Program-made: the position numbers and the translations under genes
Shown here: in pieces, positions 27,748-36,321 of the stretch
Layout: each line of letters starts with the position of its first letter
How positions within the stretch are numbered: the first letter of the stretch is position 1
Notes under the pieces: generated by a model
Databases searched by the model: none
Told to the model about the DNA's origin: nothing
What the model saw: the letters and a program-made list of their open reading frames with translations, nothing else
Origin: Clostridia bacterium
Lineage (GTDB): Bacteria; Bacillota; Clostridia; Oscillospirales; UBA644
Length of the DNA: 64,000 nucleotides
Reading direction: 5' to 3'
Assembly: GCA_017623475.1 (NCBI GenBank)
Contig: JAGAPC010000009.1
Location: 24,645-88,644, forward strand

Positions 27748-29253
27748 ATGAATCCAGAAATGAACCGCGTCCAAGTGTTGTCCCTCGCCCCCGACCGAAA
27801 CGGCGAAGCCGGGGCGGAATGTGAAATCATCCTGCCGGATTATTGCCCGAACATTCTGCGGATCCTGCAGACCACCGCACACCCAACCCTCACCTCTGCC
27901 GTGCGCACGGGGGATCGGCTGACGGTGGAAGGAAGCGTGGAATATAAAATCCTGTATCTGCCCGAGGACGGATGCGGAATCAAAGCCGTATCGCAACAGG
28001 CTCATTTTTCCTGCGCCGTCGATCTGAACTGCGACGCCGATGCGGATTACAGCGTGCTTCTGACGCCGAAAAATTGCGTAGCACGCGCGTTGAATCCACA
28101 AAAAATCTATGCCCGCTGTACGGTGTTGATTCAGGTAAAGATCAATCAAACCAAGGAAATTCCCATGCCGGTGCTTCCCGGCGGGTGCGAAACGAAGTCC
28201 TGCAAAAAAAGAACGGCAAAGCATTTATGCTCCGCCCAGAAGCCCCTGCGGATCTCCGACGAATTTGAAATAGATCCGGGGAAAATCGCAACCGAAATTC
28301 TGCAAACGAAGATCACCTTTAAAGAGACGGAGCAAAAGCCCCTGACCGACAAGCTGATCGTGAAGGCAGATATGATTTTGGATCTGCTGTGCATGGCGGA
28401 CGACCACACGACCTTTTCCCTGCGCAAGGTCTTTCCGATCTCTCAAATTTTAGATCTTCCGGGGATTCATCCGAAGGCAATCTGCAAAACGGGATTTGAA
28501 TTGATCGCATCGAATTTTCTTGCCAAGGACGAAACGACCGACGGATCCCAAGCCGTTAACTACGACGTGGAAATTCAGGTTTCCGGCGATGTTTACGAAG
28601 AGGCGGAGGCGGTCTGGACGGAGGACGTTTATTCGGTAAAAAAATCCGTCGAATGTAATCGGGAAACCGTGACCACGGAACGGTTTTGGAAGATCGAAGA
28701 AAGCGGAACGATCCGGGAAACGGCGGAAATCGGCACCTGCACCGGGATTTTGTGGGTGGAGGTAAAACCGGAGCTGCGGGGAACCTACTACCGTCAGGAG
28801 GAAGACAAACTCGTATCGGAGGGCGTGTGGGACTGTCGGATTCTGATGACCGACGCCGACGGAACGCCCTGCGCCGCCAACCGGGAACTCCCCTTTACCC
28901 TGGAAATTCCCGCAGAGGGGTGTAAAAATCCCATCCGAAACGACACGTCGCTAATTTTGACCGATCTTTCCTGGTCGTTGGCAGATGCGTCCCACGTTGA
29001 GATCAAAGGAACCTACCGCTGGAACGGGTTAATCTTCGGCAGAGAAACGGCAGAGGCGGTCAGCGGAATTACGGAGAAAGACGACCGTCCCCGCGGTGGC
29101 GACGCGGTGGTGCTCTACTACGCATCCAAGGGAGAATCCGCCTGGAAAATCGCAAAAGAACACGCCTGCCCCTACGAAGAGCTGCTTCGCTCCAACCGTC
29201 TGGAGCAGGATGAAATCGACGAAGATAAAATGCTGATGATTATCGCTTGTTAA
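27748..29253 (+). CDS. DUF3794 domain protein with C-terminal LysM-like domain (SafA-like, sporulation-associated family)
   Basis: ECEIILPDYCPNILRILQTTAHPTL..GDRLTVEGSVEYKILY matches the DUF3794 pattern. C-terminus VVLYYASKGESAWKIAKEHACPYEELLRSNRL. Confidence 0.7.
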   Translation: MNPEMNRVQVLSLAPDRNGEAGAECEIILPDYCPNILRILQTTAHPTLTSAVRTGDRLTVEGSVEYKILYLPEDGCGIKAVSQQAHFSCAVDLNCDADADYSVLLTPKNCVARALNPQKIYARCTVLIQVKINQTKEIPMPVLPGGCETKSCKKRTAKHLCSAQKPLRISDEFEIDPGKIATEILQTKITFKETEQKPLTDKLIVKADMILDLLCMADDHTTFSLRKVFPISQILDLPGIHPKAICKTGFELIASNFLAKDETTDGSQAVNYDVEIQVSGDVYEEAEAVWTEDVYSVKKSVECNRETVTTERFWKIEESGTIRETAEIGTCTGILWVEVKPELRGTYYRQEEDKLVSEGVWDCRILMTDADGTPCAANRELPFTLEIPAEGCKNPIRNDTSLILTDLSWSLADASHVEIKGTYRWNGLIFGRETAEAVSGITEKDDRPRGGDAVVLYYASKGESAWKIAKEHACPYEELLRSNRLEQDEIDEDKMLMIIAC

Positions 29254-29261
29254 ATTGCCGT

Positions 29262-29294
29262 GAGACTCCCGAAATCCGGGGGTCTCTTTTTTTT
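29262..29294 (+). terminator. terminator
   Basis: GAGACTCCC (29262-29270) pairs with GGGGGTCTC (29278-29286), then T8. Confidence 0.85.
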
Positions 29295-29325
29295 GAAAAA
29301 TTCATAAAAAATTCAGAATTTACCC

Positions 29326-29354
29326 TTTACATTTCGGCTATAATATGATATAAT
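29326..29354 (+). promoter_or_regulatory. rpsO promoter
   Basis: TTTACA (29326-29331), 17 nt, TATAAT (29349-29354). Confidence 0.6.
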
Positions 29355-29455
29355 ATGTAGGATGCCGAAAATCGGTTGACGGACGACTCCAACCGCGACT
29401 GATTTTTTGGTGAATAATTTTAATTGCCGCAGCAAGCGGCGTAGGAGGAAGCATC

Positions 29456-29719
29456 ATGCTGAAAGAAACCAAGACCCAAATCATTGAAGCGAACCGCAGA
29501 AGCGACGTTGACACCGGTTCTCCCGAAGTTCAGGTTGCCATTCTGACCACTCGCATCAAAGACCTCACCGAGCATCTGAAGGCAAATCCCAAGGATTTCC
29601 ATTCCCGTCGCGGACTTCAGAAGATGGTCGGTCAGCGGAGAAACATGTTGAACTATCTGAAGAAGAAGGACATCAACCGCTACCGTACGCTCATCGCAAA
29701 CCTCGGCTTGAGAAAGTAA
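29456..29719 (+). CDS. rpsO: 30S ribosomal protein S15
   Basis: [48 protein letters not shown]. Confidence 0.95.
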   Translation: MLKETKTQIIEANRRSDVDTGSPEVQVAILTTRIKDLTEHLKANPKDFHSRRGLQKMVGQRRNMLNYLKKKDINRYRTLIANLGLRK

Positions 29720-29731
29720 TTCGGTCCGTTT

Positions 29732-29805
29732 CTGACAGAAGAGGAGCAAGTCTCCCCTTCTGTCGGGCAGAGCAAAGTCATCCCCGTGGATGGCTTTGTT
29801 TTTTG
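29732..29805 (+). terminator. tandem hairpins after rpsO; the second is a terminator
   Basis: Hairpin 1 at 29732-29766 has a 15-bp stem, one mismatch and no U-tract. Hairpin 2 pairs CAAAGTCATCC (29773-29783) with GGATGGCTTTG (29788-29798), then TTTTTT. Confidence 0.75.
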
Positions 29806-29871
29806 CCAACTTAACCCCATCGAAAAAAAGTAAAACAAAAAAATCTCGGTCTCCCTTGATTTCTGGATTCA

Positions 29872-29916
29872 GCAGTTATGAAAATATCCGAATCGGTCGG
29901 ATGTTTTGATAACTGC
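29872..29916 (+). promoter_or_regulatory. 18-bp stem-loop in the pnp 5' leader
   Basis: GCAGTTATGAAAATATCC (29872-29889) pairs with GGATGTTTTGATAACTGC (29899-29916), with one mismatch and one G-U pair. Confidence 0.6.
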
Positions 29917-29954
29917 CGGAACAGAGGGGAGTCCCGAAAAAGAAAGGACAAACC

Positions 29955-32075
29955 ATGAACATTTACGAAAACTATCGCAAATTCGAAACGACCGTCGCCG
30001 GTCGTCCCCTGGTTGTAGAAACCGGGAAATTCGCCGGTCTTGCCAACGGCTCTGCCATGATCCGTTACGGTGAAACCTGCGTTTTGGCTTGCGCCACCGC
30101 CTCGGAAAAGCCCCGGGACGGCATCGACTTCTTCCCTCTCGCAGTAGATTATGAAGAAAAGCTGTATTCCGTCGGTCGCATTCCCGGCTCTTTCATGAAG
30201 CGGGAAGGCAAGCCCTCCGAAAAGGCGATCCTCACCGCCCGCGTGATTGACCGTCCCATCCGTCCCCTGTTCCCCAAGGACATGAGAAACGACGTGGTGG
30301 TCAGCCTGACGCTGATGGCTGTGGATCAGGATTGCTCCCCCGAAATCACTGCTATGATCGGCGCTTCCGTTGCCATTTCCATTTCCGACATTCCTTGGAA
30401 GGGTCCCATCGGCGGAGTTCTTTTGGGATACGTTGACGGTCAGTACGTCATCAACCCCACCGAGGAACAACGCGCCGTTTCCGAAATGGCAGTTACCGTT
30501 GCGGCTTCTGCGGACAAGATCGTTATGATCGAGGCCGGGGCAAACGAAATTGCCGACGACGTAATGTACAACGGAATTCTGGAAGCCCACAAGGAAATCA
30601 AGAAGATCGTTGAATTCATCGAAGGCATCAAGGCCGAAATCGGCAAGCCCAAGTTTGAATACGCCGCCCACACCCTTCCCGAAGGAATGCTGGAGGACGT
30701 AACCGCTTTTGCCGGCGCAAAGATCAAGGAAGCCATGAAGACCGACGATAAGGACGTCCGTGATGCCCAGATCTCTGCCGTTACCGCAGAAATCGAAGCG
30801 GAATTTGCAGAAAAATATCCCGATTCCTCCGCCGCCATCGGCGAAACCGTTTACAAGATCCAAAAGACCATCGTCCGCGACATGATCATCAACGATCACG
30901 AGCGCGTTGACGGTCGTGGACTGAACGATATCCGTCCGTTGTACGCGGAAGCCGGAGTTCTTCCCCGGGTTCACGGTTCCGGTCTGTTCAGCCGCGGTCA
31001 GACCCAGGTTTTGACCATCGCTACCCTGGGCTCGATTTCCGAGGCGCAGATTTTGGACGGCGTTGACAACGAAACCAGCAAGCGTTATATGCACCATTAC
31101 AATATGCCCGGCTATTCCACCGGAGAAGCAAAGTCCAACCGTGGTGCCGGCAGACGTGAGATCGGTCACGGCGCGTTGGCGGAACGCTCTCTCGTTCCCG
31201 TTCTTCCCTCCGTGGACGAATTCCCCTACGCCATCCGTTTGGTTTCCGAGGTTCTTTCCTCCAACGGTTCTACCTCCCAAGGCTCGGTCTGCGGTTCTAC
31301 CCTGGCGCTGATGGATGCCGGGGTTCCCATCAAGGCTCCCGTTGCCGGGATCTCCTGCGGACTCGTTACCGACGAAGACCGCTGGATCACCATGGTTGAC
31401 ATTCAAGGGCTGGAAGATTTCTACGGCGATATGGACTTTAAGGTTGCCGGTACGATGAAGGGTATCACCTCCATCCAGATGGACATCAAGGTGGACGGTC
31501 TTTCCTACGAGATCATCAAGAAGGCCTTCGAACAAACCAAGGCCGGACGTGAAATGATTATTAACGACATCATTCTCAAGGCAATTCCCGCCCCCAGAGA
31601 AGAGTTGTCCGAATACGCTCCCAAGATTCTTTCTTACAAGATTCCCACCGACAAGATCCGCGAGGTTATCGGTACGGGCGGTAAGGTCATTCAAAGAATT
31701 ACCGCAGAAAACGACGTTAAGGTTAACGTGGAAGACGACGGCTCCTGCCAGGTTCTGTACGTGAACAAGGAAAACGGCGAAAACGCCATGCGGATCATCC
31801 GCACCATCGTAGAAGGTCCGGAAATCGGAACGATCTACAAGGCGAAGGTTACGAGAATCATGAACTTCGGCGCTTTTGCGGAATTCGTTCCCGGCAAGGA
31901 AGGTCTGGTTCACATTTCCCAGCTGGACGAGCATGGAGTCGGCAAGGTGGAGGACGTGGTCAGCGTCGGCGACGAGATTTGGATCAAGGTCACCGAAATC
32001 GACGATCAAGGTCGTATCAACCTTTCCCGCAAGGAAGCCCTGAGAGATCTGTTGGCGCAACAGAACAATCAATAA
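29955..32075 (+). CDS. pnp: polyribonucleotide nucleotidyltransferase (PNPase)
   Basis: Two RNase PH domains, a KH domain and an S1 domain. Segments ..GRREIGHGALAERS.. and ..YKAKVTRIMNFGAFAEF.. Confidence 0.95.
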   Translation: MNIYENYRKFETTVAGRPLVVETGKFAGLANGSAMIRYGETCVLACATASEKPRDGIDFFPLAVDYEEKLYSVGRIPGSFMKREGKPSEKAILTARVIDRPIRPLFPKDMRNDVVVSLTLMAVDQDCSPEITAMIGASVAISISDIPWKGPIGGVLLGYVDGQYVINPTEEQRAVSEMAVTVAASADKIVMIEAGANEIADDVMYNGILEAHKEIKKIVEFIEGIKAEIGKPKFEYAAHTLPEGMLEDVTAFAGAKIKEAMKTDDKDVRDAQISAVTAEIEAEFAEKYPDSSAAIGETVYKIQKTIVRDMIINDHERVDGRGLNDIRPLYAEAGVLPRVHGSGLFSRGQTQVLTIATLGSISEAQILDGVDNETSKRYMHHYNMPGYSTGEAKSNRGAGRREIGHGALAERSLVPVLPSVDEFPYAIRLVSEVLSSNGSTSQGSVCGSTLALMDAGVPIKAPVAGISCGLVTDEDRWITMVDIQGLEDFYGDMDFKVAGTMKGITSIQMDIKVDGLSYEIIKKAFEQTKAGREMIINDIILKAIPAPREELSEYAPKILSYKIPTDKIREVIGTGGKVIQRITAENDVKVNVEDDGSCQVLYVNKENGENAMRIIRTIVEGPEIGTIYKAKVTRIMNFGAFAEFVPGKEGLVHISQLDEHGVGKVEDVVSVGDEIWIKVTEIDDQGRINLSRKEALRDLLAQQNNQ

Positions 32076-32089
32076 GAAATATAAAAACG

Positions 32090-32119
32090 GACGCTCCCGA
32101 AATTCGGGAGCGTCTTTTT
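32090..32119. terminator. bidirectional terminator (pnp / lipid-kinase gene)
   Basis: GACGCTCCCG pairs with CGGGAGCGTC. Flanked by an A-run on one side and a T-run on the other. Confidence 0.85.
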
Positions 32120-32123
32120 ATCT

Positions 32124-32981
32124 TCAGTTTTCCATTGAAGCGAGACCGGGAGCCACGGCACGGTAGGAGGTGACGCCGAGGATGGTCTCTCCGTCGATCT
32201 GAATTGCTCTGGGAGAATCGAATTCCACGGAAATCTCTTTGCCGGTCAGAACTGCCACGGATTCCTTATGGGCAACGTGCTTGCCGGTAAAGATCGAGGG
32301 GAAAATCATCAAGGTTTTCAGTTTTCCGCTTCCGTAAAACACGAGGGTGGAAACGGTATCGTCCCTGCGGGTCTGACCGGGGGTGGGCATCATGCCGCCG
32401 CCGTAATAGCGCCCGAACATGGCGGGAGCAAGCCAAACCTTTTGATATAGATACTCCTTGCCATCGACGGTAATTTTGGCGTTGGTGGGTTTGTAATGAA
32501 ACAAAAGCCCCTTGATGGCGATCATCGTGTAGTTGACGGGCTTATCGCTCTTTTTCCGCAGCTCGTCACCAACCTCGCAGCAATAGCCGTCGATGCCGAA
32601 GCCCACGCCGTTGAGGAAGCGGTAGGTTTTTCCCTTGACGGTGACGGCGGGGAGATTTTTCAGATATTCGTTGACGGGGAACGGCTTCTCGGAGGTTTTG
32701 GATCCGATGACGTCAAAGGCGAAATCGTTGCCCGTGCCTACGGGATAATAAAGAATTTTGCAGGGAATTTCCATTCCGTCCGTATCGTTGACGAAGCGAT
32801 TCAGGGTTCCGTCTCCGCCGCAGAGGATCAGAGAATCCTCCGACGTCAGCCCCGAAAAGACCGCGGCGTAATCCGAAATTTTCGTAACGTCGTAACATTC
32901 ACATCCGGGAAGCCCTTGTTTGATGGCTTCTTCGGTGCAATTCCCCGACAAGGGATTATACAAAACGACCGTTTTTTCCAT
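32124..32981 (-). CDS. diacylglycerol/lipid kinase family protein (YegS/BmrU-like)
   Basis: VVLYNPLSG..LILCGGDGTLNRFVN. ATG 32981 is preferred on AAGGTG spacing. The track start is 32987. Confidence 0.85.
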   Translation of the reverse strand: MEKTVVLYNPLSGNCTEEAIKQGLPGCECYDVTKISDYAAVFSGLTSEDSLILCGGDGTLNRFVNDTDGMEIPCKILYYPVGTGNDFAFDVIGSKTSEKPFPVNEYLKNLPAVTVKGKTYRFLNGVGFGIDGYCCEVGDELRKKSDKPVNYTMIAIKGLLFHYKPTNAKITVDGKEYLYQKVWLAPAMFGRYYGGGMMPTPGQTRRDDTVSTLVFYGSGKLKTLMIFPSIFTGKHVAHKESVAVLTGKEISVEFDSPRAIQIDGETILGVTSYRAVAPGLASMEN

Positions 32982-33070
32982 AAGCATACACCTTTTTCGA
33001 CATTTTTTTCAAAAAGGAATAAAAAAGAATTCCGGACGGACGAAAATCCGTCGGAACACCTTACATTCCT

Positions 33071-33099
33071 ATTTTAGCAGATATTTCTTTTTTTGTCAA
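33071..33099 (-). promoter_or_regulatory. promoter of the lipid-kinase gene
   Basis: On the minus strand: TTGACA (33099-33094), 17 nt, TAAAAT (33076-33071). Confidence 0.6.
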
Positions 33100-33134
33100 T
33101 ACGAAGGAGGAATTTGTCAATATCATGTTAAAAA

Positions 33135-33169
33135 ACCGGCGCAAAATACTATGATGCGCGGTATTTTTT
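33135..33169. other. orphan terminator-like hairpin between two divergent promoters
   Basis: ACCG(G)CGCA (33135-33143) pairs with TGCGCGGT (33155-33162). An A-run lies before it and TTTTTT after it. Confidence 0.5.
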
Positions 33170-33172
33170 ACA

Positions 33173-33201
33173 TTGACAATTATTTGTTTTCGTGCTATAA
33201 T
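33173..33201 (+). promoter_or_regulatory. promoter of the GH106-like hydrolase gene
   Basis: TTGACA (33173-33178), 17 nt, TATAAT (33196-33201). This promoter lies inside the track ORF N-extension. Confidence 0.65.
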
Positions 33202-33250
33202 ATACACACGATCATCCCGTATTTTATCAATGATCAGCGAGGTAAACGAA

Positions 33251-35329
33251 ATGATTTCAAAGCTCGTGGAACAGATAAAAAATCCCCCTCGGGAATTCAC
33301 TCCCATCCCCTTTTGGTTTTGGAACGATGCGTTGACCGAGGATGAAATTATAAGACAGTTGAAGGATTTCCACCAAAAGGGCGTGGACGGCGTCGTTCTG
33401 CACCCGCGGCTTGGAATTCCCGAATCCATTCCCTATCTTTCGGACATTTTCATGCACTACGTTAAGGTTGCCGTTGAAACGGCGGCAAGCCTTGGGATGT
33501 ACGTGGTCCTTTACGACGAGGCGATGTATCCTTCGGGGAGCGCCCACGGGCTTGTGGCGGCGGAAGATCCCCGCTTCGCCTCCCAGGCGATTATTTTATC
33601 AGACGATGATTCCGAGGGGAAATTGATTACCCGTTGCAAAAGCGGAAAATACCTCGTGCAGGTTCCCAGCGACGGACGAATTCGGGGAATCCATTTCGGA
33701 GAAGACGACGGAGAAGAACGATCTCCCCTTGCGGCGGATCTTTTGTCCCAGGACGCCGTGGATTGCTTTATCCGTATCACCCACGAACGGTACAAGGAAG
33801 TTGTGGGGGAATATTTCGGAAGCACGATTCTGGGATTTTTTACCGACGAGCCTTCTCTGCTCGGCAGAATCAATCGGGGGAATTGCAAGGCGTGGACCTG
33901 GGGCTTTGAGGAAGAATTCGTAGCCTTGGGCGGGGTTTTAGAGGATTTGGAGGGTCTGTTTACCGGAGAAGAAAACGAAAGCACCAAACTCTATAAAAAA
34001 GCCGTTTTTGAACGGGAACAACGGATCTATTACGGAAGCCTCCATCGGTTTTGCGAGGAAAACGGCGTCTCCTTGATGGGACACCCCCACGCCGGAGACG
34101 ATATCGAATGTGAAAAGTATTTTCACGTGCCCGGTCAGGATCTGGTGTGGCGTTGCTTTGGTCCGGAATCCCCTCTTTCCGGAAAGGAAAGCGCCCAGGG
34201 AAAATGCTCCTCCGACGCCGCAAGAATCCACAATCGGAGACGGAATTCCAACGAATGCTTCGGCGTTTGCGTGAGAGATTCCATTCCGTGGTATTTCCCC
34301 GGCGGAGATATGAAATGGTACTTTGACTATCTGGGAGTGCGGGGAGTCAATCTCTTTATCCCCCACGCATTTTATTACAGCGTCCGAGGCGCCCGAAAGG
34401 ACGAGCGACCGCCCGACGTCGGACCGAACAACATTTGGTGGGAGCATTACGAAACAATCGCCACCTACGTGAAGCGGATGTCTTATATTATGACCGATTC
34501 GGTCAACGAGGCAAGGGTCTGCGTCCTGTGTGAAAACCGGAACATGCACGTGGACGAGGTTCGGGAATTGTATGAAAATCAAGTGGAATTCAACTATCTC
34601 CCCTATTCCGATTTTCGGGAAGACATGGTACGAAACGGAAAGCTGACCGTGGGAAATAACACGTACGATTACGTATTTTGCGACGATCGGAATCGGGTGG
34701 GAATTCAAAAGATCCGGGGAATAAACGACCTGAAGTATCGGGATATTTATACCGACACGCCCTGTCCCGGACTGCGGATCTCCCGCTTGAAAAAAGACGG
34801 CGTGCGGATGGTTTTTCTGACCAACGAGGGGAACGATCCCATTGAAACCGACGCATCCTTGGACGGAGAAGCTTCGCTGATCGCCATGAATCTCTGGACC
34901 GGCTCCGTCTGGCAGGAGGAAAGCCGGATTCGGGACGGAAAGACCCGTTTTTCTCTGAAATTGGGAGTACGGGAAAGTCTGCTTTTGATCCTCGACGAGC
35001 ATGGAGATTTTAAGGCGGACGCAACCCCGATTAAAGCCTTCATGGAGATTGACTTTTCTTTGATTTCCGACGATACGACCCGCTTCGTCAAGACCTACCG
35101 AGGCGTATTTAACGGAACGGCAGAAGCACCGCTTTGGATTCGGGTTCAGGGGGAAGAAATGGTGGAGTGCTTCGTCAACGGCGCTTTCGCGGGCTTCAGC
35201 CTTTGGAATCCTCATGAATTCAAGATCTCCGACCACCTGATCTGCGGCGAAAACGAAATTATTCTTAAGGTAACCGGAAACGCCGCGAATCGGTTTACGG
35301 AGCATCGGATCGAATACGGTTTGCTTTAA
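33251..35329 (+). CDS. putative glycoside hydrolase (GH106-like / glycosylhydrolase-like jelly-roll family; CAZy family not assignable by eye)
   Basis: N-terminus PREFTPIPFWFWNDALTEDEIIRQLKDFHQKGVDGVVLHPRLG. The C-terminal sugar-binding jelly-roll-like segment reads VECFVNGAFAGFSLWNPHEFKISDHL. ATG 33251 follows GAGGT. Confidence 0.6.
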   Translation: MISKLVEQIKNPPREFTPIPFWFWNDALTEDEIIRQLKDFHQKGVDGVVLHPRLGIPESIPYLSDIFMHYVKVAVETAASLGMYVVLYDEAMYPSGSAHGLVAAEDPRFASQAIILSDDDSEGKLITRCKSGKYLVQVPSDGRIRGIHFGEDDGEERSPLAADLLSQDAVDCFIRITHERYKEVVGEYFGSTILGFFTDEPSLLGRINRGNCKAWTWGFEEEFVALGGVLEDLEGLFTGEENESTKLYKKAVFEREQRIYYGSLHRFCEENGVSLMGHPHAGDDIECEKYFHVPGQDLVWRCFGPESPLSGKESAQGKCSSDAARIHNRRRNSNECFGVCVRDSIPWYFPGGDMKWYFDYLGVRGVNLFIPHAFYYSVRGARKDERPPDVGPNNIWWEHYETIATYVKRMSYIMTDSVNEARVCVLCENRNMHVDEVRELYENQVEFNYLPYSDFREDMVRNGKLTVGNNTYDYVFCDDRNRVGIQKIRGINDLKYRDIYTDTPCPGLRISRLKKDGVRMVFLTNEGNDPIETDASLDGEASLIAMNLWTGSVWQEESRIRDGKTRFSLKLGVRESLLLILDEHGDFKADATPIKAFMEIDFSLISDDTTRFVKTYRGVFNGTAEAPLWIRVQGEEMVECFVNGAFAGFSLWNPHEFKISDHLICGENEIILKVTGNAANRFTEHRIEYGLL

Positions 35330-35344
35330 TACCAAAAATGAAAT

Positions 35345-35371
35345 GCGTGATGTCTTATCAAGGCATCACGC
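35345..35371. terminator. bidirectional terminator between convergent genes
   Basis: GCGTGATG (35345-35352) pairs with CATCACGC (35364-35371). Confidence 0.7.
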
Positions 35372-35414
35372 TTTATTATGCTTTTTGACGGGGAAATTTT
35401 ATCACAGAAAATCT

Positions 35415-36320
35415 TCAGAAGGAAAGCATATTTATAAAAATCAATCCGATAAACGCCAGGAGAATCCCGACAGCACATTTGACGGTAAGCCTTTCCTTGA
35501 AGCAAACCGTTGCCATAAGGGACGACAGAATCAGCGACGCCCCTTGGCTGAGAGGATAAAGCTGCGCGGCGTCAAGATACTTTGCCGCAAGGGTTTTGAA
35601 ATAGGAGTACGCAAAAAGGCAGATCGCCATAATAAATACGTAGCCTACGGCGGTGGTACAAACCTTTTTTACGCTTGCGGCGGCGGCTTTCAGGGTTTTC
35701 TCCCCGAAGCAGAACAGTAAGATAAGAAGTAGAGCGAAGGATATTGCGTAGGTATAAAAATTAAATACCGAAACGGGTGCTTGATCGACGGTTTTGACGA
35801 ACGCCTTTTGGGCAAAATCGGTAAGACCGTACGAAAGCCCGCAAAGGATCAGCAGCAGAACGGTCACCGGCGTCAGCCTTTGCTTTTGGGAATTATTATA
35901 CGAAACCATAATTCGGGTAGCAACCATTAAAAATACGATTCCGACGATTTCATTCAGCGATATTGTTTCATCAAAGAAACAGTAGGACGCGCAAATCGGG
36001 ACTAAAACGCCGAGCATGAGGGAGATTTCGAGCATCATATAGGCGTTTTTTCGAACCGCCAAAAGCCACGTTATAACGAAAACCGCCGTGCAGATCCCCG
36101 ACGTTACGATGATGAGAAGAGCGTCGAGACCGAGGGTCAGCCTTCCGACCTGTCCCTGCAGGAAAACGACGGCAAGCCCGATGGGAATACAAAAGAGCAT
36201 TCTCAACACGTTTACCGCTACCGCGTCTTTGACGTCAGCCGTCAGATTTCCCGTTTTTTTACCGCAGTATCCCTTTGCCGTGCCTGCAAAAAGTGCGATC
36301 AATAAAAATAAATATCCCAT
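35415..36320 (-). CDS. DMT-superfamily (EamA/RhaT/GlcU-like) membrane transporter
   Basis: About 10 hydrophobic helices. The start codon lies 1 nt after the GH35 stop, so the two genes form an operon. Confidence 0.65.
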   Translation of the reverse strand: MGYLFLLIALFAGTAKGYCGKKTGNLTADVKDAVAVNVLRMLFCIPIGLAVVFLQGQVGRLTLGLDALLIIVTSGICTAVFVITWLLAVRKNAYMMLEISLMLGVLVPICASYCFFDETISLNEIVGIVFLMVATRIMVSYNNSQKQRLTPVTVLLLILCGLSYGLTDFAQKAFVKTVDQAPVSVFNFYTYAISFALLLILLFCFGEKTLKAAAASVKKVCTTAVGYVFIMAICLFAYSYFKTLAAKYLDAAQLYPLSQGASLILSSLMATVCFKERLTVKCAVGILLAFIGLIFINMLSF

Positions 36321-36321
36321 A

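Noticed and set aside
29811-32072. 753-aa uninterrupted ORF on the minus strand covering the whole of pnp
   Set aside because: It is exactly antisense to a highly conserved gene. It has a G/D/V/N/H/F-rich mirror composition, no SD, and its start lies inside the rpsO terminator region. This is typical shadow ORF behaviour for biased codon usage, so it is not called.
33125-33154. 9-codon micro-ORF MLKNRRKIL as a leader peptide
   Set aside because: The SD-like GGAGG is 14 nt from the ATG, which is too far. The downstream gene has its own promoter after the hairpin. It is kept only as part of a low-interest finding.
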